Of a stretch of DNA of 64,000 nt, positions 28,404-42,031 are shown one piece after another (within the stretch, counting starts at the first letter, position 1; the number at the start of each line of letters is the position of its first letter). The notes under the pieces were generated by a model. The model made no database searches and was not told the origin of the DNA. It was given only the letters and a program-made list of their open reading frames with translations. Origin of the DNA: the human T2T-CHM13v2.0 reference genome, Homo sapiens. The translations under genes and the position numbers were made by a program. The stretch lies in NCBI RefSeq assembly GCF_009914755.1, contig NC_060934.1, one strand, 5' to 3'.

Positions 28404-29990
28404 GACATCTAAAAAATACTGAGGTTCCATAAGAGCATATTTCTTTCTCTCTCTCTGCCTAATTTTTCACAGTTTTACTGTGGTTACTTTTGTTTTCTCT
28501 CAGGAACTTTCCTCAGTGTGGTGGGAAACATGGCTACTTACTGATAGCTCAAGAGCGTTGCACTTGATAACGTCTCTTCTCAGAAAGGGACTGACTTTCC
28601 ACTTTCAGTTAGAGAAGTCAGGGCAGTGTCTGGGTTGGTTTGGGTTGGGTGGGGTGCCTACTCTGGATCAATCAACTCTGCCAAGGGGTTGTGGAATAAA
28701 GCAGAACATGGCAGCACCCAGCATTATCCAGATGTTGGTAGGAGGTTACTAGTCCCAAAAAAGAGCAGGATTCTGGATAGGCAATAATTTGGGTTCTCTA
28801 TTCTCATCTGCTCTGTGAGATAAGACTGTGTTTTCTTTGACTTGTACCCTCAAAACCTAGCATGGGGCCTGGTATAATGTGAGGAGCCAACACATACTTG
28901 TTGAATAGAATGATGTATCTACTAGGTGCTTTTGACAATGAGCATTCTCATTCAGAAAAAGAGGAACTCTCTGCATTGAGGACCAGAGACAAGTGAGAAG
29001 TGCAGGAAAGAGCTTCAATTATTGTTCTGAAATAGAAGTGGCCACCACCTCTTTGGGGGGACAGGGAGAAGGTAGGTTCATGTAGGGCGATTCCTTTCTG
29101 TGGCCAGCCATACACACTGGATTATAAATTAGAGGGCTCTTCACAGTTTAGATTATCTCTTTAGCTTCAGTTTTCCAATTATATCAGGTCAACTGGTAGT
29201 TGATTACTGATCTATTTTTTTGTATCCCATGAAACATCTATACTTTTATTCTCCATCATCTGCCTCCAGGGCACATTCTTAATTGCTTTCTTAGCCTTTA
29301 CATGGCCATTGTTTAGTAAGTACTACACTATAGCAAGGCACCACCCATCTTGCTATGGTATACTTCTCATACTTCGATTTTTAAAATACTGTGGTAAATA
29401 CTAAGTTTGGAAAGCAGACCATATAGGTGTGTTTCTATCTTGCAAGACCTAAAAGGTTAATTTCAAGTTAGTTAGACATTTTCTTTTCTCATTAATGAGT
29501 TCAGTCCTTTTTAAAACCAATGAACTTTTCATATTTCTTCATTTCTGTGGGTTCATGCTGAGTTAAAAGAGATTTCATGCCACCATCCATTCAACCATTT
29601 TACTTTTTCATTTTTATTTAATGTAGCCAAAAAAGCACAGAATTTTTCAATCATGAAAACCTAAAACATCAAAGGATATTTGATATTCATGGTTTGAATT
29701 TCATGATTTTAGGGGCAACTCTTCCCTAATGAAATGCTCCAGAATGGGCTCCCTGAAAATGCTGCAATGGAACCATTTCTGTAAAGATTCAAACAGCTGT
29801 CTGTTCCATTTGTGAATTTGTATTCAGTATTTTAATTTAATATTTAAAAGATGGTTTGGGGGTATTATCATCTATGAATGTTTATTGTTGCTGGAAAGAA
29901 TGCTGAGAACTTTCTGATCAGAATTACCAAATATGTAATGAAATCAGTTCCCTCTAGGAAATGGCTCCCAGAGGCCATCACTTGAGATGA

Positions 29991-30685
<695 letters not shown>

Positions 30686-31490
30686 AGAAATGCTTTTAGC
30701 TAGGAGAATAAACAGAGAAAGACCATGTCTCTACCTTTTGTGCTGGACTGCCTGTTGTCAGGTTGCAATCAGCTCCATCTCTATGGATGGTCTCTTTAGC
30801 AGGGCAGAGAAGTGAAGTTCCCAGAATTTTCTTCTCTCTTCTCACTTGAAGCTAAATTAGATTCTGCCAGTGAGAGGAAACTAAAAGGTGGTGGAGGAGA
30901 GGCCATTACTCCCTCAGGAATCTCTGAGGGCAGACGAAAATGTGAAGTTGGAGGAAACTTATTAGTGAGCTTCTTGTAACGCATTCAAGTCCGTGCTATA
31001 GGCTGAAGTTTTCAGCAATGAGCTTCCTGAGTTTTACTCCCCCAGCTTTTCCAGCTGCCTCTAATTCCTTGTATTAAATTCTCCATGCTTGGATGCATCT
31101 AGTGGCTTCTGTTTTTCAGACTTGATCTTGACTGATACACCCATCATGTTAGTTATCTCAGTTTGTTGAATATCAGGCTTGTCCACCTCTCTAACATTTG
31201 TCCACATGGGTGTTAGAATTCTCCAGAATGGTGGCAGAACTTAGAGGAGATTCAAGAGCGAATATCTAAGGTTGCTGATGAAAGTGGGAGGATGAACAGG
31301 AAACTGGAAGATGGCAGCTTGAGGAGGACCAGGGTAGTGTGAGGCTGTACAGAAAATATTTTGTTTCTGTATGGTTAGGGCTTTCTGAGCACGAAAACCT
31401 GGCATATGGGTCAAAGGACAAGTGTTAGTATTTAAAGGGTGATTAGATAGTGAGAGACCAACCTGAGAGGTTTACCTTCCTGAAGGCAAG

Positions 31491-31845
31491 TGATATGGTT
31501 TGGCTGTGTCCTTCCCCAAATCTCATCTTGAACTGTAGCTCCTACAATTCCCATATGTCATGGGAGGGACCCGATGGGAGGTAATTGAATCATGGGGGCA
31601 GGTCTTTCCCATGCTGTTCTCATGGTAGTGAATAAGTCTCATGAGATATGATGGTTTTATAAAGGGACGTTCCCCTGCACAAATTCTCTCTTCCCTACTG
31701 CCATATAAGACATGCCTTTTGCCTTCCACTGTGATTGTGAGGCCTCCCCAGCCACATGGAACTGTGAGGCATTAAACCTCTTTTCCTTTATACATTACCC
31801 AGTTGGGGTATGTCTTTACCAGCAGCATGAAACTGGACTAACACA
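31491..31845 (+). mobile_element. THE1B-like MaLR solo LTR
   Basis: TGATATGGTTTGGCTGTGTCC...GGACTAACACA, 355 bp. Confidence 0.92.
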
Positions 31846-32489
31846 GTTAAGTGTTTCCATTTTAGAAGAGGGATGAAACTCAGCACCACAGAGACATTCC
31901 AGGGGTTGTGAATTGAAGATGCTTGTCTTCCTCCTGGAGATGTTTATTGACATTATGAAGGATAAGAACTTGGGATCCTTCCATTCTTTTTCCAAGGAGA
32001 ATTTGTTTATATTAGGGAGAAAAAGTTTCTCTCTAGTCAAGCACTCTCCCTTTCTCAGGCGGGGAGAGGAGACAGCTGTCTTCCTAGATAAGCTCCAGAA
32101 AACTCATGCCACCTTTCAGGATAAATGAGTAAACACAGATACTAAAAACTTATCAGCTGCTGGAATCAGATGGTTTGAACCTCAGGGGTGGTGGTGGGAG
32201 GCTGTGAAGTAGAAATGAGAATGGCCTGGAGAATGCCGTTAGGAGGTTGCTGAGCTGATCACCAACTCCAAGGACTCTGGAGCATGATGGGGAGGAAGCA
32301 AGAGAAGCAGAAATTTTGTGCAAGCACATTTATCTCCACTGGAAGAAATCTTTAAATTGTTTAGGAAAGTTTTACACTGGATAATAGGCTCCAGGCTTCA
32401 AGTGGAATTTAGGCACATATTTACAGGAAGGCAGTTTGCACAATGGTAATGATGATTCAATTTGGATTAGAAATGCAACTCTGCCAACC

Positions 32490-32820
32490 ATTTATTTGGG
32501 CAATGTTTATTGAACATCTGTTATCTACAGGGGTATTCTACTAGGCACTGAGCTGAGGGATGATGTCTGCTCTCAAGGAGTTTACAGTCAAGTGTACAAA
32601 CAGAATATAAGCAAACAAAAGAGAACATATACTTACAAACTATGCTAAGTGCCATGAAGGAAAAGAATAAGGAATTGTAAGAGAAAATAGAGATGACCAA
32701 CTTTAGTTTGGGTGGCCAAGGAAGGCTCCTGGAGAAGATAACAAATGAACTAACATCTGAAGGATATGAAGGAGCTGGCCACATGAAAAGTGGGAGCATG
32801 AGCTTCCCAGACAGAGCAAC
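32490..32820 (-). mobile_element. L2 3' fragment
   Basis: TTTATTGAACATCTG...CTGCTCTCAAGGAGTTTACAGTC. Confidence 0.7.
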
Positions 32821-34967
32821 TAGTACTTACCAGCTGGATATGAAATGGAACTCCTCAGAGGTGAAGCACTTAACAATTGTGGGCTTTTCTGCACTGATTT
32901 CTTATTGGCTCTCTTTCTTCATCTGTGTGAAGGGGACAAATGGCACCTTCCTCCCAGGTAGGAAGCCCTGTTCTCTAAGAGAGGCTGGTGAAGAACAGCT
33001 GCAAGCTGATAGAAATGACTGCCTTCTTCCAGCTTCATGATCCAGACAAACTCTGTTTCTTATCTGAAGGCAAGTGAACATCGCATCTGAGAAGGGACTA
33101 TACTGTCAGGAAAGCTCGTTTGCAGGTAAGGAAAAGTGACCGCACATGAGTCCTATAACCATCCAAGACTATGACTTCTCTTGACACCTTTCTCTGTTAG
33201 AAGGAAATTGTGAGAATAGAATTTTCAGTCTTAATGCAAATACAAATGCGCGCACGAGAGAGAGAGAGAGAGACAGAATTTCTGGAAGTGAGAAGTTTTC
33301 CTCTGGGTCTCGCACCATGCAGATGACCATCAATTTTGCCTATGCCTAAGACTGCTTTGACTTGGACTTATAGGGATATCTGGTGTTCAGGCAAGCACAG
33401 TCTGGAAAGACTTGGGATGGGAGAGAGGGAACTAGAAATGATAGCAGAGGGATGAAGTTATGAAACCTTCTTTCTCTCTGTATTTATTTCTAGAACTCTT
33501 CCACGCAAGAGAGTACCGTGAATGCATTTCTCTTCTTCACAACGAAGCAGATGTGAAGTGGGATTGCAGAATGTAGCAATTCATTTTAAGAGACTAGATA
33601 ATGTTGGAATCGGGGAATTTCTGCTATCGTGTATCTAAATGAATTGGGAAGCCATTTGGGATTCTTAATGGCTTCTCTACTGTGGTACTACAGGCTGTAC
33701 CTTATCAGAGATGTGTGTCCCTGGGCAGTCTATTTGTTTCCTGTTTTGCTTAGATAAGTAATGTTCCTAATGATCATGATAGGATCCATAAATCTAACTT
33801 TAAAAAGATGAGACTCTGGCTATTATGATTTCATTGCTGATGGGTTATTTTGATGGAGAAGGAACTCTCAGAGGGACTGGGAAGTAATATTGCTCCTCTG
33901 GCTAAAATCATTCATTTACGGAATGCTTATGTAAAGGAAAGACAAAGAGACTTACTAGACAAAAACCTCACATTCTCTTTGGCAGTTTTCTCCTTTGCTT
34001 CCTCCCTTTATCTTGTCCTGAGTTCTTGGAAATAAAAAAAAAAATCACCTCTGAAATTATAATTTGCTTCCCAGAATTTAAGCCTTTAAACATTTTCCCA
34101 TCTTCACAATAGGAAAGAGAACTTGTCCCCTTCTATGTTCATTCTGTCTTGGTTATCTGCCATTATCAACAGAACTCAGAGAAGACTAGATTGGAAGTCA
34201 GGTTTTGTGTGAATCAGAGCCTATCACCAGCCTCAACTCAGTCTTAATATTTTATGGGTCTTGGTGGATACTTACTCCCATTTCCCTTCGAGACATAATC
34301 AATATCTCCTTCCTCTGTGCTTCCATTGAACTTAGTCTATAATTAATAAAGTGAATATTTACTAAATCTTAACCATATGCCACTAGTGTAATAGTCATTG
34401 GATATATCATGATGAGCAAGAGAGTCTCTCTCTCTCTCTCTCTGTCTCTCTCATAGTCTAGTGGTGGATACTATAGAACATTTCTTTCTTTTTCTCTTTC
34501 AGCTTATATTCTAGTGAAGGAGACAGATAAAGCAAGATGAACAATTATTATAAATGATGACATGTTCCATAGCAGAGGAAGTACAGCGGAGTTTTTGTAG
34601 CACACAACAGAGACAAATAACCTAATCTGGGGAGTCATAAAAGGAAGTGATGTTTAAATTGAAGCTCAAAAAAATAAAAAGGTGATGTTAGAATAAGGAA
34701 GAGGATGCACATGTCAGGCACAGAGAATAGCTTGAGGGAAAGGATCAGCAGCAGATGTATAAGTGAAGTGATTGTGTACACAAGTTAGAGATCTCATATG
34801 TTAATCTGTGGTAGAGTGGACCCTAATGCTGCAAGAAAGAACATGAGGAGCTATGTTGGAGCTCTGCACCTCTTTCTGCTTTGCCTGTCCTTGTGGCCTT
34901 GAAATTAGTGATGCTTGACATTGAGTAAGATATCTGATTCTTGTGAGTCTGATTTGACAATCGAATT

Positions 34968-35300
34968 ATGGAAGCCATGAAAATGCACCACTCGGATCTC
35001 CTGCTACAGGGAGCAGAATTGACTGACAGCCTCAGCTGTACCCCTTCTGAATCCACTACTGTGTTCACATCAAGGCCATACATTTCCAGTTGGCTCCCAG
35101 CCAATGACTGAGGATGGTGGGGCTACTAATGCAGGCTATTCCTACAGGATGCATGGCTTCTCTTGTGGGCAACTTTTGTTCAGGTAATGTCTGTCAGCCT
35201 AGTTGAGACTTCCATAGGACTGCACTGCAGTCTGAGAATTTTCTAGCTAATCTCCTCCTGCCCCTTTCACAGATATCAGACCTGCATCATGGTCCGAAGG
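34968..35300 (+). mobile_element. LTR16A-like ERVL LTR, copy 1 (3'-incomplete)
   Basis: CCATGAAAATGCACCACTCGGATCTCCTGCTACAGGGAGCAGAATTGACTGAC. Confidence 0.75.
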
Positions 35301-35543
35301 CACTTCTTTTTACTAGGTAAGACAGCTAAGGGAGAAGGGAACATAAAATGAATAGAGAAGGAGAGCAAGGATGAGTGTCTGTTGTGGCACTGAGATTAAC
35401 TACAGTGGTGGCAACCATAATTCATCTTTCTAACCTGCCTCTTAAGTTTCCCTTCTGGGAGGGAGGCCTTGGGAACCACAGAGGAGCTGCTCCTCAAACC
35501 TGCATAGAGAAATAGATCTGTGAGGTATAATCTGTGGAATTTG

Positions 35544-36500
35544 ATGGTCATGAAAATGCACCAACTATATCTCCTGCTGTAGGAAGCACAGTTGACTGAT
35601 GGCCCCATTGTTCCACCTCTGATCCACAACTGAGTTTACACCATGGCCACATATGCCCTGGACTGCTCCCAGACAGTCACTGGGCCCTGAGAAGCTACTG
35701 GTACAGACTCATCTCTGTGGGATATGGGACTCCTCTAATGGGAGACTTTGGGCTCAAGGACTCCCCAAAAGCCTGGTGGTCACTTTAAATTTTCTTGCAG
35801 CCTGAAACTCTTCCTACCCAATCCTATTTCCTTCTCCTTATCCTTTCATAGGTGTCAGGCATACATTGCAGTCTGAAATCTCTTCCTGCCTACTTTTGGT
35901 TCGTCTCATTTTTTCTTGACAGTCAATAAATCTCTTGCACCTTGTAATGGTTAATTTTATGTATCAATTTGATTGAGCTAAGGGCTATCCAGATAGCTGG
36001 TAAAACACGATTTCTGGAAGTGTCTGTGAGGGTATTTCTTGAAGAGGTTAGCATTTGAATTGGTAGACTGAACAAAGAAGATTGCCCTCATTAGTGTGGA
36101 TGGGCATCATCCAATCCATCGGTAGAGGAAGGGTGAATTCACTCTCTCTTCTTCCCCAGCTTGGACATCCATTTTCTCTTGTCCTTAGACATGGATGATC
36201 CTGGTTCCTGAGCCTTTGGACTTGGACTGGGAGTTATACCATTGGCTCCTCTGGTTCTCAGGCCTTTGGACTCAGACTGAATTGTATCATCAGCTTTCCT
36301 GGTACTCCAGCTTGCAGATGGAAGATCATGGGATTTTTCTGCCTCCTTAATCATGTGAACCAGTTCTTATAATAGATATCCTTTTATCCATATCTATATG
36401 GAAATCTATATATTCTGTTGCTTCTGTTTCTCTGGAGAATCCTGACTAGTACAGACATCCACTCTCATCTTAGATCTTCTCTGAGGGCCTGAACTAGCAG
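35544..36500 (+). mobile_element. LTR16A-like ERVL LTR, copy 2, interrupted by MLT2
   Basis: TCATGAAAATGCACCAACTATATCTCCTGCTGTAGGAAGCACAGTTGACTGA; AATAAATCTCTTGCAC; tail resumes at 36454. Confidence 0.75.
35943..36453 (+). mobile_element. MLT2B-like HERV-L solo LTR
   Basis: TGTAATGGTTAATTTTATGTATCAA...CTCTGGAGAATCCTGACTAGTACA. Confidence 0.88.
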
Positions 36501-36680
36501 AGATCAACATGTCTGTAGAACTAAAAGGAACAGGGACAATATAATGAAAAGTGGAAATGGGAGTGGAGAGGGTCAAGAGGCCAAATGGTGAAGGTCTTTA
36601 TCTGCCATATAAAGTCATTTGGATGTCATTCTCAGGTTAGTGGGCAGCCACAGAAAGATTTTAACCAGAGGAATGGCAGG

Positions 36681-36997
<317 letters not shown>

Positions 36998-37675
36998 GAG
37001 TGATAGGTTTTAGAAAAATTACTCTGATCACAGGGTGGAGAATGAATTGAAAGGGAGCAGAACTGGGTGTGTGTGTTGGAGTCACCCTAACTAGCAGTGA
37101 TGGTAGCCTGGATGGTAGGTAATTATGTTAATTCTGCCTGTTTGGGGAGGTTGAAAACAATCTGAAGGCCACAACTCAGTTTTACTGGTCTTGCTGGCCT
37201 AGCATAGTGGTAGCTACTAAACAAATGTGTGTGGAGAATGGTTAATGTTTTTTTTCTTTAGAAATAAAAAAAAATTAAATATATTAAATCTTTTTATGTG
37301 TATGTTAGCCTAAAATCAATTGCTCTTCTCATACTGAGGTGTCATCCTAAGCTGCGAGGCATTTTAGTAAATTTGTGATCTCTATTCTTTGCAATTCTGA
37401 TTAACTTTCCCACAGGATATACACCATTTGTTGCTGGTTCTGTGGGAAAAATGTTAACTATTATTTTCCATCTTAAAAGTCAATTCCAGTTTCATTCTGT
37501 CAGATATTTCCAGAAGCCATTTATTTGTATATTCAGCCATTCTTTTTTATCTTAATGGCAAGAGAAATGCTAAAATGGAAAGAAGGATCCTAATAATAGA
37601 TACCTTTGAATACTTACACAAACACAATGATGGGGTTTTACATTATATTGTCTTTACTCTTTGCAAGTCTGAAAG

Positions 37676-37846
37676 CAAGGCTAGCTTCATAGGTGTGCAA
37701 ACTGTGCATTTGAACAGGGTCTCTGGCTTACAAAGGCTGCATGCTTGGTTTAGTGCTCAGCTGCTGACATCATGAGTTATTTTTGAACAAGGGGCCTCAA
37801 GTTTTTCATTTTGTACTGGGGCCCACAAATTATGTAGTCAGTCCCA
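37676..37846 (+). mobile_element. MER53-like hAT DNA transposon
   Basis: TTTTTGAACAAGGGGCC...TTCATTTTGTACTGGGGCCCACAAATTATGTAG. Confidence 0.75.
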
Positions 37847-38583
37847 TCTCTAAGATAGGTATTACTATTCTTAATTTATAGATCATGAATTCAAGCTCAG
37901 AGAATTTAAATAAGTTGCCGGAGGACACACAGCTGATAAATAACAGAGGAAGCATTTGTCTTCAAAGCCTATGCTTTTTCCAATATACTTGTATCTATCC
38001 TTATGTGACCTGCCTATAATGGATGTGAGATTAGGCTAACAAAATAATAGTAATAAGCTTTCTCATGTTAGTTCATTTCCTCCTAGTGGTAACACAATGA
38101 GGTAGAAACACAGAGACTTTTGAGTCCAGATACTGTGTTTTTCATTACATGTGCCACTTATAGATTCTACATCACAAAATTTAGGACTTACTTTTCATAG
38201 GACAAGGAATGATGGAATTCAAAAGAACCTGAGAGGCTTCTGTATCTTCTGGTAAGTGGTCATCTAAGCTACGCTAGTAACACAGTTGTTCTTTACTGTG
38301 GCTAAACTTGGAATCACCTAGAAGATACTGCCACTTATATAGATCTCATCTAGCCTAGCAGTCTGGGCTGAGAACCACTGTAGTCACATATTCCAAGGTG
38401 AGGAGTCCCTTTTTACACGACAGTCTGTAGACTTCATAATATATCTTTTTTCTCTTTCTGAAAGTTGGGGCTTTTGTTCAACTTGATTCCTCAGATACTT
38501 CTTATTTTCTCTGTGGTATTTCAAAGATTTTCATCTGAGCTTCCATAATAACCTCTAAGACTTCTTTCAATATCTGGGGTGTA

Positions 38584-39164
38584 GGAGGGACAGAGCAAGA
38601 TGACCAAATAGAAGGCTGTACTGATCATTCCCCTAGAAAGGACACAGATTGAACAACTATCTAAACACAAAAAAATACCTTCATAAGAACCAAAAACCAG
38701 GTGAGCACTCACAGTACCTGGTTTTAACTTCATATTGCTGAAAGAGGCATTGAGGAAGGTAGGAAAGAGTCTTGAATTGCCAACACCACCCCTCTCCCAC
38801 CCCTCAGCAGCAGCTGTGTGTTACAGAGAGAGAATCTGTGCATTTGGGAGAGGGTGGGTGCGGCAAATGCATTGAACTCAGTGCTGCCCTGCCATAGCAG
38901 CAAGCAAAGCTGGGCTGAACTCAGCTGATGCCTGTTTACAGAGGGAGTATTAAAATCAACCTCACCAGGGGGGAAAATTGTGCATCCCAGTGGTTAGAAC
39001 TTGAGTTCTGGCAAGCCTCACCACCATGGGCTTAAGTACTGTGGGGCTCTAAATAAATTTGAAATGCAGTCTAGGCCACAAGGACTAGAACTCCTAGGTA
39101 AGTCTGATGGTGAGTCCTAGGTGAGTCTGATAGTGAGTCTGATGGACTTGGGAGGCACGTGACC
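38584..39164 (+). mobile_element. Old L1M-type 5'UTR, target of the provirus
   Basis: GAGCAAGATGACCAAATAGAAGGC start (CAAGATGG-like YY1 motif) and L1M 5'-end-like sequence. Confidence 0.65.
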
Positions 39165-39675
39165 TGTTGGGAACAGGCCCCTCAAAATCTGCGCATAAAC
39201 TGGCCCCAAAACTGGCCATAAACAAAATCTCTGCAGCACTGTGACATGTTCATGATGGCCATAACGCCCATGCTGGAAGGTTGTGGGTTTACCAGAATGA
39301 AGGCAAGGAACACCTGGCCCACCCAGGGCAGAAAACCGCTTAAAGGCATTCCTAAACCACAAACAATAGCATGAGCGATCTGTGCCTTAAGGACATGCTC
39401 CTGCTGCAGATAACTAGCCCAACCCATCCCTTTATTTCGGCTCATCCCTTGGTTTCCCATAAGGGATACTTTTAGTTAATCTAATATCTATAGAAACAAT
39501 GCTAATGACTGGCTTGCTGTTAATAAATATGTGGGTAAATCTCTGTTGGAGGCTCTCAGCTCTGAAGGCTGTGAGACCTCTGATTTCCCACTTCACACTT
39601 CTGTATTTCTGTGTGTGTCTTTAATTACTCTAGTGCCACTGGGTTAGGGTCTCCCCAACTGAGCTGGTCTTGGCA
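39165..39675 (+). mobile_element. MER9a 5' LTR of HERV-K(HML-3)
   Basis: TGTTGGGAACAGGCCCC...GGTCTTGGCA, 511 bp, AATAAA at ~39522, followed by PBS. Confidence 0.93.
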
Positions 39676-39677
39676 AG

Positions 39678-39700
39678 TGGCGCCCATATGTGGGGGCTCA
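39678..39700 (+). promoter_or_regulatory. Primer-binding site, tRNA-Lys(CUU)-like
   Basis: TGGCGCCCATATGTGGGGGCTC versus TGGCGCCCAACGTGGGGCTC (complement of tRNA-Lys 3' end). Confidence 0.8.
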
Positions 39701-39826
39701 AATCCAGGTCAAAGGGTCGCTGGAGTGACAGTCGGAGAATGTGGAACTAGCTGGAGGACACCTGAGTACTCTTAAAGCAATCCCTGTGGTGAGTAAGAAG
39801 GGAAGCTTGGAAGCATCAGGGTAACA

Positions 39827-41225
39827 ATGGGACAGGTATGGGGTCTGGTTCGTTTCACCTTGGAACTTTTTCACACTGATAACAAGGAGGAACAAGAGTA
39901 TAGTGAAGTATCAGAAGAGGTTACAGAGCAGGTTTATTTGCCAGCTAAAGCTAAAGCAGCAAAGGAGGGAGAGGTTCATCCCTACCCTTCTGCACCCCCT
40001 CCTTATTATTTTGAAGAAAAAAGACCCTCCGGATCTTTCTTTTCCAGAGGACACTGGGCAAAAAGTAGTTGCCCCAGTGACTGTTCGAGCAGTGCCTTGA
40101 GTGACTGCTCTTAGTTCTATTCAGGCAGGAATTCAGCAAGCTAGACGAGAGGGTGATTTAGAGGCTTGGCAGTTCCCTGTTAGAATACACCCCCCAGATC
40201 AACAGGGAAATATTATAGCTACATTTGAGCCTTTTCCTTTTAAATTACTCAAAGAATTTAAACAAGCTATTAATCAGTATGGACCAGGTTCTCCTTTTGT
40301 AATGGGACTGTTAAAGAATGTTGCTGTTTCCAGTCGGATGATTCCTACTGACTGGGATGCTCTTACTCGAGCTTGTCTAACTCCTGCTCTGTTCTTACAA
40401 TTTAAAACTTGGTGGGCAGATGAAGCTTACATTCAGGCTGCTCGCAACACCCAGGCCCAACCTCAAATTAATATAACTGCAGACCAACTTTTGGGGATTG
40501 GCGGCTGGGCTGGTTTAGCTGCACAAGTGGTCATGCAGGATGATGCCATAGAGCAGTTTAGAGGAGTGTGCATTAGAGCTTGGGAAAAAATCACTTCAAC
40601 AGGAGAACAATACCCTTCCTTTAGTGCTATAAAACAGGGACCAAAAGAACCATACATGGATTTTATAGCTCAGTTACAGGAATCTCTTAAAAAGGTGATT
40701 GCAGATTCGGCTGCTCAGGATATAGTGTTGCAGTTATTAGCTTTCGGCAATGCTAACCCCGATTGCCAGGCAGCTCTGCAACCTATCAGTGGGAAAGCAC
40801 ATTTAGTTGATTATATCAAGGCCTGCAATGATATCAGAGGTAGTCTGCATAAGGCTACTCTGCTAGCACAGGCAATGGCAGGACTGAGAGTGGATAAAGG
40901 AAATACTCCATTTCCTGGAGCTTGTTTTAACTGTGGGAAGCATGGTCATACTAAAAAAGAATGTAGAAAAAATCAGCAAGTCAAGCTGCCAGATAGGGGA
41001 AAAAAGAAAACTGCTGAGCCTGAAATATGTCCAAAATATAAAAAAGGAAAACACTGGGCTAATCAGTGTCACTCTAAGTTTGATAAAGTTGGGAACCCGA
41101 TTTCGGGAAACGCTATGAGGGGCCCGTCCCGGGCCCCATTCCAAACCAGGGCATTTCCAGCTCAGGCCATTCCCTCATGCCTATACAATGTCTGTCCCCC
41201 ACCAAAGCCGGTAGTGCCACAGTAG
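39827..41225 (+). pseudogene. gag: HML-3 gag; frameshift near 40020 and TGA at 40098-40100; CA-NC open for 374 codons
   Basis: MGQ start, PSAPPPY, MHR IKQGPKEPYMDFI, zinc knuckles CFNCGKHGHTKKEC and CPKYKKGKHWANQC. Confidence 0.9.
41105..41137 (+). promoter_or_regulatory. gag-pro -1 ribosomal frameshift signal
   Basis: GGGAAAC (41105-41111), 7-nt spacer, perfect 8-bp stem GGGGCCCG-TCC-CGGGCCCC. Confidence 0.75.
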
Positions 41226-42031
41226 ATTTATGCTGCACAAAAGCTGTGAGCCTTCTGCCTGGGGAACCCCCACAAAAGGTCCCAACAGGAGTCTGTGGAC
41301 CCTTGCCAGCAGGGATGATAGGATTAGTTCTAGGCAGGTCTAGTTTAAATGTAAAAGGGGTACAAATACATACAGGAGTCATTGATTCAGATTACAATGG
41401 GGAAGTTGAAATTGTTATATCTACTTTTGTTCCCTGGAAAGCAGAGCCACGAGAGTGCATAGCACAGCTCCTGATTGTGCCGTATGTGGAAATGGGGAAA
41501 AGTGAAATTAAATGAACATGAGGATTTGGAAGCACAGATAAATAAGGCAAAGCAGCTTATTGGGTGAATCAAATTACTGATAAACGTCCTACCTGTGAAA
41601 TAACTATTCAGGGAAAGAAATTTAAAGGTTTGGTAGATACAGGAGCAGACATTTCAATCATTTCTCTACAGCACTGGCCGTCCGCTTGGCCAATTCAACC
41701 CACTCAATTTAACATACTTGGAGTTGGTAAAGCCCCTGAAGTAAATCAAAGTAGTTATATTTTGCATTGTGAAGGGCCCGATGGACAACCTGGGACTATT
41801 CAACCAATTATAACTTCTGTACCTATAAATTTATGGGAGAGAGATTTATTACAACAATGGAGAGCACAAGTTCCAATTCCAGAACAATTATATAGCCCTC
41901 AAAGTCAACATATGATGCATGAAATGGGGTATGTCCCTGGTATGGGACTAGAAAAAAGTTTGCAAGATTTGAAAGAACCACTTCAAGTGAACAGACAAAG
42001 TTCCCGCCAAAAATTAGGATATAATTTTTGA
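41105..42031 (+). pseudogene. pro: HML-3 pro: dUTPase + aspartic protease + G-patch, with internal stops
   Basis: GRSSL and GVIDSDYNGE dUTPase motifs, GFGST after stops, LVDTGAD, EMGYVPGMGL. Confidence 0.9.

Noticed and set aside
39678-39705. tRNA-like sequence
   Set aside because: Retroviral primer-binding site, not a tRNA gene
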